Source: a virus. Taken from it: a DNA stretch of 64,000 nucleotides. Of this stretch, positions 15,961 through 24,597 are shown piece after piece (within the stretch, counting starts at the first letter, position 1; every line of letters begins with the position of its first letter). The notes below the pieces were generated by a model. That model was given only the letters and a program-made list of their open reading frames with translations. It made no database searches and was not told the origin of the DNA. The DNA lies in IMG/VR virus record IMGVR_UViG_3300045988_092861, positions 1 through 64,000 of that record; one strand, given 5' to 3'. Both the position numbers and the translations under genes were made by a program.

Positions 15961-16079
15961 CGTATAAGAAGAGCCTATTTTATGGTGTTTTAGGCTATCA
16001 AGCCTGCATATATTCATGTTTTTATGTTAAAATATAGTTAATTTTAGATTTTAAGTATTTAATCATCAAATATTTTATT

Positions 16080-16087
16080 TAAATTTG
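16080..16087 (+). promoter_or_regulatory. Possible proximal -7 box giving a near-leaderless mRNA
   Basis: TAAATTTG ends 5 nt before ATG 16093. The -33 is weak. Confidence 0.3.
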
Positions 16088-16092
16088 CAGCA

Positions 16093-16938
16093 ATGGAATA
16101 CGATTACAGTAAGCTCAGAGAGTACATCAAGCGTTGTAAGTGGCAATGGGCTACTTCTATGATAGACGTTCCTCACGAGTATATCCACAGAGACAAATGC
16201 GCTTTGACACGTGATGAATTCTATTACTTCGTCAGCGCACAAAGAGACAATGGAGTCCACGAAAGATGGGGAAAGTATAATTTCCCTTACCTTTACATTG
16301 ACGGTTATAAGTATTGGACGATGGGTGACCCATTCGAGACTACTTGGATTTTGAACAGACAGAAGGTTTTCAACGAGTTCGATTTCCTTGAGTGGCCAAT
16401 ACCGCGAATCTATTCGAACCAGGAGATGGACGTGATGGCAAGATCTATCATGTTCACGTTCAAGAACAGAAGATTTTTCGAGGCAGGCATCGGAAACGGA
16501 GACTTCGTCGCCTACACCAAGATAAAACCGGAAATGTATTATGGAGTTGATCCTAGCAAGAAAGCAATCAAGCAGTTCAGGGATAAGACCTCTGGTTTTT
16601 TCCGAAGATGTTCTACTATTTCTTTTGAGGAGGCGATAAAGAAATGGATGTCGGCAGACAGCGTTGTGGTTGCTCTTTTCGGTACAGCTTCCTACTTCAT
16701 GCCTCAGTATCTCCGTAAACTGGGCGAGAGTGGTCTGGATTATTGCCTTATGTTCTACAAGGATGACTACACCCCTGCAGAGTTCGAGGAAATGCACCAT
16801 TTCACCTACGACAGAATGCAGCTGAAATCAATGTTCCCGAATTGTAACATATACAATCACAAGAATTTCATAACCATTTCAAGTAAAAAAATCATCTGGC
16901 AACAGACGACATTAGAAAATGAAATATTCCCAGTATGA
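16093..16938 (+). CDS. Two-domain protein: phage-type WxWA...PHEY N-terminal domain plus class-I SAM methyltransferase
   Basis: KWQWATSMIDVPHEYI...YLYIDGYKYWTMG...ILNR, then FEAGIGNGDF, YYGVDPSK, VVALFGTASY. Confidence 0.7.
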   Translation: MEYDYSKLREYIKRCKWQWATSMIDVPHEYIHRDKCALTRDEFYYFVSAQRDNGVHERWGKYNFPYLYIDGYKYWTMGDPFETTWILNRQKVFNEFDFLEWPIPRIYSNQEMDVMARSIMFTFKNRRFFEAGIGNGDFVAYTKIKPEMYYGVDPSKKAIKQFRDKTSGFFRRCSTISFEEAIKKWMSADSVVVALFGTASYFMPQYLRKLGESGLDYCLMFYKDDYTPAEFEEMHHFTYDRMQLKSMFPNCNIYNHKNFITISSKKIIWQQTTLENEIFPV

Positions 16939-17461
16939 TAAAATAGCAAGTAAGTACGACACTTTGTTTCGTGATGAAATGAGTCTCGTTGAGAACCACG
17001 AGGTGGGGGAAAATCTCCCACCTCTCAGTGGTTCAATTCTAGACATCGGATGCGGAACCGGCTTACTTACAGAGATTGCAGAAATCGACCCGCAGGAATA
17101 CTTAGGAGTTGATCCTAGTAAAGGAATGTTGGAGCAGTTCATTAACAAACACCCTGAATATAAGGAAAGGGTAGTCTGCGAGCCTTTCGACGGTAAAAAC
17201 CTGGACTGCAAGAATTTTGATAACATTGTAGCTTTGTTCGGCTCTCCATCTTATCTTTCGCGGTATGCTGTTCTTTCAATATCACGGTGTAAAGCCCGAA
17301 AGTTCTTGATGTTTTACAAGGAGACGTATCACCCCGTCACTTACGAGAAATGCGATGTAGAATTTAGGCATTTCTTCTATTCCAAGAAGGTCTTGTGCAG
17401 TCTTTTCGGTGAAGAAAACGTATCAGAGTATCACAATTATTTAATAGTAAATTGCGTATGA
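16919..17461 (+). CDS. Class-I SAM-dependent methyltransferase (paralog of the 16093 C-terminal domain)
   Basis: ILDIGCGTGLLTE, YLGVDPSKGML, IVALFGSPSY, LMFYKETY. Confidence 0.75.
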   Translation: MKYSQYDKIASKYDTLFRDEMSLVENHEVGENLPPLSGSILDIGCGTGLLTEIAEIDPQEYLGVDPSKGMLEQFINKHPEYKERVVCEPFDGKNLDCKNFDNIVALFGSPSYLSRYAVLSISRCKARKFLMFYKETYHPVTYEKCDVEFRHFFYSKKVLCSLFGEENVSEYHNYLIVNCV

Positions 17462-18117
17462 CATCACAGAAAGGTTTGCGTTATGATGGCAGTATTGATA
17501 AATACCCCATCACAGAAGGCGAGATTTACAGTTTAGGCAATGGTAGCAAGATTACCATTGCCGATATTACTTTGGGGCTTCCAGAGTTTTCAAAGAATGC
17601 CGACTGCGTATTCATCGACCCAGCAGGAAGCAAAGGAGTCCTCAAAGCGTATTACACCAAGGCGGAGAAGCAATGCCCAGTTGACAATTTTGATGAGTTC
17701 GTTGCCCACATCAAGAGGTGCATCGAGCAGATTAATCCGGACAGACTATTCGTCGAGTGCTTCTACAGAAATAAGAAGCAGTTGGTTCCTATGGTAGAAT
17801 CGTTATTCCCTCATGTAAAAATCTACGAGAACACCTATTATCATAAGCCAGATTGCAAGTGTTGGATTATCCAAGGCTCCAAGCAGGCAGAAGACTGGGG
17901 ACTCCAGGGAATGGATGAATGGGATGCGGTGTTCAAGATTTGTAAGGATGTTCCGTTCAGCTCTATCACAGACTTCTTCATGGGTCAAGGACTTGTTGCC
18001 CAAGCAGCCTATGCTGCTGGCAAGGTTTTCTATGGTAGCGATATGAACAGAAATCGTTTGGCTGTAGCCATCAGCAAGGTTGCCAAGCGAGGTGGAGAAT
18101 GGACAGTAACTAAATAA
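17458..18117 (+). CDS. Beta-class (N4/N6 DNA-MTase-like) methyltransferase fold with a non-canonical catalytic motif
   Basis: The C-terminal DFFMGQGLVAQAAYAAGKVFYGSDMN fits motif I (FxGxG). The N-terminal DCVFIDPAG sits where (D/S)PPY is expected. The track start 17452 is TTG and the ATG at 17458 gives an ATGA overlap. Confidence 0.6.
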   Translation: MTSQKGLRYDGSIDKYPITEGEIYSLGNGSKITIADITLGLPEFSKNADCVFIDPAGSKGVLKAYYTKAEKQCPVDNFDEFVAHIKRCIEQINPDRLFVECFYRNKKQLVPMVESLFPHVKIYENTYYHKPDCKCWIIQGSKQAEDWGLQGMDEWDAVFKICKDVPFSSITDFFMGQGLVAQAAYAAGKVFYGSDMNRNRLAVAISKVAKRGGEWTVTK

Positions 18118-18125
18118 TTACGCAT

Positions 18126-18860
18126 ATGATTAAACTCTCTCAGATTATCATCCTCAATGTTCCGAAGCGAGAACGTGAGGGTAACTACCTTAAGAAGTTG
18201 ATAGAGACCAGCACGAAGCCCTATGGCATTCCTGTCAGTATCTCTATGGACCGAGGTAAGGGTCTTTGGGATAATTATTCCCAAGCGTTGACGCAAGAGG
18301 TAGCGGAAGGAACCCATCGTATGATTATCCATGATGACATTACCTTCGACCGTAACATTCTTGCCAAGATTTTACATATTCTCTCTTTTGCTCCAGAAAA
18401 CAACGTTATCAGTTTCTACAATCCAACAAATGGTGACTATACTGATTGTTACGCAAAGGGCAAGCACGTTATCTCTACAAAGACAAACTTCTGGCTGCAG
18501 GCAAGCGTATATCCAAACGACCTTGCCAAGGATTTTGTTGAAACATCAAACAAGATGACGGATGATCAGACACGTTATGATGATTCGCGTCTTAAGGCAT
18601 ACCTTCAGGCAAAGGGTATCGACCTTTACGCCATCGTTCCCGGTCTGGTTCAGCATTTCGGTGCATACAGAAGCACGTTCAACAATCCAGGCGCAGTAGG
18701 TGGCATTCCTCGAAACAGCAAGACCTACGACAACCAGTTTGATGTAGAGTCTGTAGATTGGGAGAGTGAGTTCAAGAATCCTTATTTGGCTAAGTCAAGC
18801 AAGGATTGGGTTAAGGAAATAGTAAACAAGGAATTTCTCGATGAATACAAAAAACTCTAA
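18126..18860 (+). CDS. GT-A-like glycosyltransferase (tentative)
   Basis: HRMIIHDDITF (DxD-like) and a later LVQHFG. No TM segment or signal peptide. Confidence 0.5.
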   Translation: MIKLSQIIILNVPKREREGNYLKKLIETSTKPYGIPVSISMDRGKGLWDNYSQALTQEVAEGTHRMIIHDDITFDRNILAKILHILSFAPENNVISFYNPTNGDYTDCYAKGKHVISTKTNFWLQASVYPNDLAKDFVETSNKMTDDQTRYDDSRLKAYLQAKGIDLYAIVPGLVQHFGAYRSTFNNPGAVGGIPRNSKTYDNQFDVESVDWESEFKNPYLAKSSKDWVKEIVNKEFLDEYKKL

Positions 18861-19299
18861 GGAAAATCTAGCCTTGAAATTGGCGAAGGACAATATCGAG
18901 GTTGAGCAGGTGAAGCCGCTGCATATAGAATACGTTAAGGTTGACGACATTTATCCGAATGACTATAACCCTAATACGCATGATGCAGACAGTTTTGACC
19001 TTCTCATCAAATCGTTGCTCTATTTCGGATTTACTCAGCCTATCGTTGTAAACCGCTCGACGATGCAGATCGTGGACGGAGAGAACAGATACCGTGCCGC
19101 CTGCGTCATTGGATATGAGATGGTTCCTGTATGCTTTGTTGATTTTGACGAAGAGAAGTTGAGATATGCAACAATCATGCACAATGCCGCTCGCGGTCAC
19201 AACAACAATGAAATGATGGGCAGACTTAAGGATTACCTTGACACCCATTTCAGCAATTCCAGCGACAAGGTATTATTAAACAATAGAAATAAGAAATGA
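18841..19299 (+). CDS. ParB N-terminal/Srx-like domain protein (1 of 4)
   Basis: VDDIYPNDYNPNTH...FGFTQPIVVN...IVDGENRYRAA. Confidence 0.75.
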   Translation: MNTKNSKENLALKLAKDNIEVEQVKPLHIEYVKVDDIYPNDYNPNTHDADSFDLLIKSLLYFGFTQPIVVNRSTMQIVDGENRYRAACVIGYEMVPVCFVDFDEEKLRYATIMHNAARGHNNNEMMGRLKDYLDTHFSNSSDKVLLNNRNKK

Positions 19300-20489
19300 T
19301 ATTTTACAGTGACAAAAACGTTTATGAGGCAGCTCTTGAAAGATTCAGATACATCTTTCGGGAGTTTTATGGTAAGCGTAAGATTGTCGTGACGATGTCG
19401 GGAGGAAAGGACTCTACCGTGGTTCTCAACCTTGCTCACGAGGTTATGAAGGAGATGGGAATTGAAAAGATTCCCGTCCTCTTCCTAGACCAAGAGGCAG
19501 AGACTCCAATGACTATCGAGTATATACGATACATCATGCACTTGCCGTGGGTTGAGCCATATTGGATTCAGTCATACTTCCAGGAATGGAATGCCTCAAA
19601 GGGAGAATGGTTCAATGTATGGGGGCCTGGAGAAAAATGGATTCGTGAGAAGGAACCAGATTCTTATGGAGATTTGGAAATCCCTCACAATCAGTATTTC
19701 TCCAAGACCCTCGATCAGGTACACAGAATGCTCTTTGGCAAAGACTACCTAACTTTGGGCGGTGTCCGTATCGAGGAATCGCCGGCACGTTTGTCTGGTC
19801 TTACCAGAGGCGAATGTCTTCCTGGCATAACATGGGGAGGTGGTGGCGGATATTATAAAGACGGCACACCGAGAAGTCTGGTGCTCTACCCTATTTGGGA
19901 TTGGAAGGTTCATGATGTATGGTATTACATCTTTAGCAACAAGCTTCCGTACTGCAAGCTCTATAACTATCAGTTCACGCAGAAGCCACTCAGAGCATGC
20001 CGAGTTAGTTCCCTCATCCATGAGCAGGCTATCCACGACTTAGGTTTCATCAAGGAGGTTGATCCATGGTTCTACGACAAGCTGGTGCGAAGAGTGGCAA
20101 ACGTCAATACATCTGTACACGTCTTTAACGAAGTGGCAACATACTGCTACAACTTGCCACCTTATTTCAAGGATTGGGATGAATACGTTGATTATCTCGC
20201 AGACAATCTTTGTGAAGACAAGAAGAATGCGGAGACTATCAAGAAAGGCTACCGTTCCGCCAAGAAGAGAAATGTAGCTAAAGCCGGTCATTGCCAGGAG
20301 TGTATTGATTATGTCATACATCAGATTGGCTATACAAGTGCCGTCTGCGTCATTGCGGAAGATTTCGGCATGAAGCGCATTCAGAGTGTAGAGCGTTCTT
20401 TGCGTCAGTATTTGAGCGACAATTATGTTAAAATAGAAAAAGCTAATAAGGAATATGAATCTTCAAGAGAACATCAAGAAGGAGTTTGA
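19296..20489 (+). CDS. PAPS-reductase-family PP-loop enzyme (DndC/IbrA-like)
   Basis: PP-loop VVTMSGGKDSTVVLNLA. The long C-terminal extension resembles the DUF3440-type tail of IbrA-like proteins. Confidence 0.8.
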   Translation: MIFYSDKNVYEAALERFRYIFREFYGKRKIVVTMSGGKDSTVVLNLAHEVMKEMGIEKIPVLFLDQEAETPMTIEYIRYIMHLPWVEPYWIQSYFQEWNASKGEWFNVWGPGEKWIREKEPDSYGDLEIPHNQYFSKTLDQVHRMLFGKDYLTLGGVRIEESPARLSGLTRGECLPGITWGGGGGYYKDGTPRSLVLYPIWDWKVHDVWYYIFSNKLPYCKLYNYQFTQKPLRACRVSSLIHEQAIHDLGFIKEVDPWFYDKLVRRVANVNTSVHVFNEVATYCYNLPPYFKDWDEYVDYLADNLCEDKKNAETIKKGYRSAKKRNVAKAGHCQECIDYVIHQIGYTSAVCVIAEDFGMKRIQSVERSLRQYLSDNYVKIEKANKEYESSREHQEGV

Positions 20490-21117
20490 TGCTGCCAAGG
20501 ATAAGGTGCAGTTTTTGAACGACCTCAGAAAGTATATCAGTTCCTTATCTCCGGAGAAAGTCAACCCAGTAGATTGCGTGCTTTGGGTTGACAAGGATAT
20601 GGTTGTAGCCAACAACTACAACCCTAACCACGTAGCAGATAAGGAAATGCGTCTTCTCTATACATCCGTGAGGGAAGACGGTTACACAATGCCTATCGTT
20701 ACCATTTGGGACGAGAAGCTGCAGAAGTATGTAATCATCGACGGTTTCCACAGAAACCTCGTTATTCGCAAGTTTGCGGACATCAATGAGCGATGTGGCG
20801 GAAAGCTGCCGATTGTAGTCCTAGACAAGGACATTGACCAGCGTATGGCATCAACCGTAAGACACAATCGTGCCCGTGGAAGTCACTCTGTCGATGGAAT
20901 GGTAAACATCGTTTTCAATATGCTCAGAGATGGTGTGTCTGAGCGTGAGATTTGCGAAAAGGTAGGTCTGGAGCAGAAAGAGCTTGTAAAGCTTAAGTTT
21001 GTTACCGGTTTCGCCAAGATTTTCAAGAACTATAAGTACAATGCGGCTATCGAAAAGGTTGTCGACGAGAGACGCGTAGCAAGAGAGACAGCCAAGAAGA
21101 AGGAGGATAAGAAATGA
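20455..21117 (+). CDS. ParB/Srx-like domain protein, IbrB-like (2 of 4)
   Basis: VANNYNPNHV...DGYTMPIVT...IIDGFHRNLV...VRHNRARGSH. Confidence 0.75.
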   Translation: MNLQENIKKEFDAAKDKVQFLNDLRKYISSLSPEKVNPVDCVLWVDKDMVVANNYNPNHVADKEMRLLYTSVREDGYTMPIVTIWDEKLQKYVIIDGFHRNLVIRKFADINERCGGKLPIVVLDKDIDQRMASTVRHNRARGSHSVDGMVNIVFNMLRDGVSEREICEKVGLEQKELVKLKFVTGFAKIFKNYKYNAAIEKVVDERRVARETAKKKEDKK

Positions 21118-21746
21118 AAGTAAAGGTAGTTAAACTCAGTGAAATCTTTCCTTACTATGACAACCCTCGTGACAATACGAATGCGGTTGAGCCTACGAAG
21201 GAGAGTATCAAGCGTTTTGGATACGTTAAGCCTATCCTCGTTGATAAGGCAGGTGTAATCATTGCCGGTCACACAAGATATGTGGCTGCTTACCAGTTGG
21301 GAATGGAGTTCGTTCCTGTCGTTTACTCGGATATGGACGACGAAATGGCAAAGAAGTACCGCATCCTCGATAACAAGCTGGCAGAGAAATCTTCCTTTGA
21401 TGAAGACCAGCTTTTGGAGGAATTGCGCAACATGGAGGTTCCTACAGATATGCAGGCATTCTTCTTTGAGGACATCAATCAGATGCTCAACTTCTCTCTC
21501 GACAGCATCAACCAGCAGGCAGAAGAGTATGGTGGCTTCCAGAATGACTATTCTCAGGTTGATGATGAGAACTTCGAGACTCCATCAAATGAAGAGGCTG
21601 GCGAAAGCGAGGAAGCTCCTTCGGATGAGGAGGAAGACCCTGCCAAGGATTTGTTCGTTCTCAAAGAGCGCGAGGACGGTTCACATTATATGAAGGTCGT
21701 TTGCCCATATTGTGGAAATATGGAAACAATAGAAATTGAGGATTAA
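21114..21746 (+). CDS. ParB/Srx-like domain, acidic linker and C-terminal zinc ribbon (3 of 4)
   Basis: YYDNPRDN...FGYVKPILVD...IIAGHTRYVAA; EEAGESEEAPSDEEED; CPYCGN. Confidence 0.75.
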   Translation: MKVKVVKLSEIFPYYDNPRDNTNAVEPTKESIKRFGYVKPILVDKAGVIIAGHTRYVAAYQLGMEFVPVVYSDMDDEMAKKYRILDNKLAEKSSFDEDQLLEELRNMEVPTDMQAFFFEDINQMLNFSLDSINQQAEEYGGFQNDYSQVDDENFETPSNEEAGESEEAPSDEEEDPAKDLFVLKEREDGSHYMKVVCPYCGNMETIEIED

Positions 21747-21751
21747 CAGGT

Positions 21752-22369
21752 ATGGAAGAGATTAAGATTAATGACAAGGTAATTGAGTTACCTATTGACA
21801 GTATCGTGCCTCATGACGGTTCGCACAAGACCGACGAGACGGCAGTACAGGCAATCATGCAGTCCATCAAGGATTTCGGCATCACTCAGCCTATTTCCGT
21901 TGACAAGAACAACGTAATTGTAACAGGTAACGGTGTGTATAAGGCAGCTAAGGCATTGGGAATGGATAAGGTTCCCTGCATTCGTCTTGACTATCTGACT
22001 GATGAGCAGATTAAGCAGTATAGAATCGCTGATGACAAGACGTCCGAGTTCGCCACTTGGAACGAGAAGAAGCTTCGCAAGGAGCTCTCCTATCTCGGTG
22101 ATCCTAACAGCATTCAGTTTGCTTTCGATGAGAGCATTGCCGGTATGCTTGGACTCAATGCTAAGCCAAAGGAACAGAAACCTGCGGCCGCACCTTCCAA
22201 GGCTGAGACTAACCATACGGCTAAGAAGGTCGTAACCGAAGCCCAGAAGGACCAGAAGTTCAAGGAGGAAATGAAGGGCGTTGAGGAGAATATCCAGGTC
22301 AAGCCTTCAGAGTATTATGAGTATAATTGTTCCGCTTGCGGTAAACTGGTAAAAGTTAAGAAGCCATGA
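21752..22369 (+). CDS. ParB/Srx-like domain plus C-terminal zinc ribbon (4 of 4; Arg patch degenerate)
   Basis: FGITQPISVD...VTGNGVYKAAKALG...DDKTSE; CSACGK. Confidence 0.7.
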   Translation: MEEIKINDKVIELPIDSIVPHDGSHKTDETAVQAIMQSIKDFGITQPISVDKNNVIVTGNGVYKAAKALGMDKVPCIRLDYLTDEQIKQYRIADDKTSEFATWNEKKLRKELSYLGDPNSIQFAFDESIAGMLGLNAKPKEQKPAAAPSKAETNHTAKKVVTEAQKDQKFKEEMKGVEENIQVKPSEYYEYNCSACGKLVKVKKP

Positions 22370-22902
22370 CAGATGAATCATCACAGCCGAAAGTAAAGTC
22401 TTTCGTACATAGAATTCCCAATCCTGTTGGAAGACCATACAAGATTAAGTCTTCTCAGGAATTATGGGATAAGTTTGTAGCTTACTGTGATGATGTTGAA
22501 AACGACCCTTGGCAGCAAAAGACTGGTAGCAATTCCATTGCAGGTGGCAGCGGCAAATCCACAAATTCCATGAGACAAGAGGTAAGGGTTTTCAGAAGAG
22601 CCTATACCCTTGTCGGATTTTGTGCTTTCTGTGGCATCGTTCAGAAATGGGCGGATTTCAAGAGAGGTAATCTTAAGAGACCAGGCTTTGAGCAGGTGAT
22701 AACACAGATTGAGAATGTCGTGATGGCCCAGCAGATTGATGGCGCCATGCTTCATCAGTTTGATTCCAGCATTGTTGCAAGGCTCAACGGATTGGCAGAC
22801 AAGCATATTCAAGAAGTAACAGGCAAGGATGGTGAGGACTTCAAGTTCCCTAAACTATCCTTGGATGATATTAAAGAATTACAGAAGATAAATGGACTTT
22901 GA
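22366..22902 (+). CDS. terS: Terminase small subunit
   Basis: GRPYKIKSSQELWDKFVAYCDDVENDPW, typical of the N-terminus of phage small terminases. Overlaps the large-subunit gene. Confidence 0.6.
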   Translation: MTDESSQPKVKSFVHRIPNPVGRPYKIKSSQELWDKFVAYCDDVENDPWQQKTGSNSIAGGSGKSTNSMRQEVRVFRRAYTLVGFCAFCGIVQKWADFKRGNLKRPGFEQVITQIENVVMAQQIDGAMLHQFDSSIVARLNGLADKHIQEVTGKDGEDFKFPKLSLDDIKELQKINGL

Positions 22903-24370
22903 GAAACAACGTTTTCTCCATAAGCAGTTAGTGGCTTCATCCCTACTGCAATTCACTACCAAGATGTTCGCCTATACTGCCCGACGTGAGTATGTTATAG
23001 GCGAACATCATAGGATTATATGTGATGCGCTCATGGATGTTATAAGAGGAAAGACGAATAAGCTGATTATCAACATCAGCCCACGTTATGGAAAGACCCT
23101 CTTGTGCTCACAGATGTTCATCGCATATGGTCTTGCGCTGAACCCTGCTTCAAAGTTTCTACATATATCTTATTCCGGAAGTCTCGTCCAAGACAACTCA
23201 ATGGCGGTCAAGGACACGATAACTTCCGCATATTTCCAAACATTATTTCCGAATGTCAAAATCCGAAAGAACGATAACACAAGATCAAAATGGAGCACAA
23301 CGGCAGGTGGTGGTGAGTATGCTACATCTACCTTGGGTCAGATCACAGGTTTTGGTGCAGGTCAGCCAGACTGGACCGAAGAAGACATAAAGAACATGGA
23401 TAAGTTCATGGCTACGTTCAACCCTGGTCACTTTTCGGGAGCCATAGTTATCGATGACCCTTTACGACCAGATGATGCCTTGTCTGATAATGTAAGAGAG
23501 TCTATCAACAGACGCTTCGAGACAACCATCCGTAACCGTGTAAACTCGCGTCACACGCCAATTATCATCGTCATGCAAAGATTGCACGAGCACGATTTGT
23601 GCGGTTACCTTCAAGAGATTGAGCCAAATGAGTGGAAGGTTGTTTCCCTCCCGGTAATACAGACAGACGAGGACGGAAAGGAGCGAGCATTGTGGCCATG
23701 GAAGCATACACTGGAAGAGCTGTATAAAATCAAGCATGCCAGCGAGTTCGTATTTGAGACACAGTACATGCAGAACCCTACCCCTATGGAAGGTCTTATG
23801 TACCATGCCTTCAGAACATACGACGAGCTGCCGGACAGAAGGTATGCAAGAATGATTGGCAACTACACCGACTCGGCAGATACTGGTTTCGACTTCCTTT
23901 GCTCTATATGCTTCGATGCACATGATGACGGTTACTATGTTACCGATGTTCTATACACTAAGCGACCGATGGAATACACGGAGCCAGCGCAAGCCAATAT
24001 GGTTAAGCGTAATCAGACAGACGTGTGCTTCGTCGAGAGTAACAACGGTGGACGCTCTTATGCCCGCAATGTTGAGCGCATAACAAGGGAACACGGAAAC
24101 AGAATCACCCAGTTCGTAACGTTCACGCAATCGAAGAACAAACAGATTAGAATTTTCACTCGCTCCAGCGAGGTAAATAATAAATTAGTATTCCCTTCTA
24201 ATTGGGAGCAGTTGTGGCCGGAGTTTGCCCACGACATGAAATCCTACAGAAAGGAAGGATATAACGCCCACGATGATGCGCCGGACGCTTGTACGGGCAT
24301 CATAGAGAAGTGCGAGGAGTGGCTTAACAATGCTACCGATGCACAGCTCAGGCAAGGAGGATTCTTGTAA
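22892..24370 (+). CDS. terL: Terminase large subunit
   Basis: Walker A-like ISPRYGKTLL and Walker B IVIDDP. The C-terminal nuclease half has acidic motifs (NAHDDAPDA). Confidence 0.8.
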   Translation: MDFEKQRFLHKQLVASSLLQFTTKMFAYTARREYVIGEHHRIICDALMDVIRGKTNKLIINISPRYGKTLLCSQMFIAYGLALNPASKFLHISYSGSLVQDNSMAVKDTITSAYFQTLFPNVKIRKNDNTRSKWSTTAGGGEYATSTLGQITGFGAGQPDWTEEDIKNMDKFMATFNPGHFSGAIVIDDPLRPDDALSDNVRESINRRFETTIRNRVNSRHTPIIIVMQRLHEHDLCGYLQEIEPNEWKVVSLPVIQTDEDGKERALWPWKHTLEELYKIKHASEFVFETQYMQNPTPMEGLMYHAFRTYDELPDRRYARMIGNYTDSADTGFDFLCSICFDAHDDGYYVTDVLYTKRPMEYTEPAQANMVKRNQTDVCFVESNNGGRSYARNVERITREHGNRITQFVTFTQSKNKQIRIFTRSSEVNNKLVFPSNWEQLWPEFAHDMKSYRKEGYNAHDDAPDACTGIIEKCEEWLNNATDAQLRQGGFL

Positions 24371-24452
24371 TTTCATATTTTTTAACTATGCTCGTAAGGC
24401 GTTTGCTCGTGAGAGTAAGCGCCTTAACTATTTGAATATCAATCTATTGTAA

Positions 24453-24597
24453 TTTAGTATTTTTAACTAAAATAATTATTAGTATATTTGCATATATCAA
24501 ATAATTTTCGTATCTTTGCATATAGATAAAAGGTAGTACTTTTGACTATTCAGAGCCTACCTTACAAGTTGAACCAATTAAAATTATAAAGATTATG
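24453..24597 (+). repeat. Promoter-leader cassette, copy C
   Basis: Near-identical to copies A and E. Confidence 0.9.
24487..24518 (+). promoter_or_regulatory. Cassette C promoter
   Basis: TTTG, N20, TATCTTTG. Confidence 0.65.

Noticed and set aside
16075-16800. Long antisense ORFs on the track (16075-16800, 42476-43087, 50427-51092, 52563-53003, 7467-7922, 62499-63392, all minus strand).
   Set aside because: Each lies fully inside a + strand gene that has clear family motifs or synteny. Their translations are low-complexity or Leu/Ser/Cys-rich. They are shadow ORFs.
24395-24426. Hairpin TAAGGCG...CGCCTTA after terL, considered as a terminator.
   Set aside because: It has an 18-nt loop and no U-tract. 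It is plausible but too weak to list as a feature.
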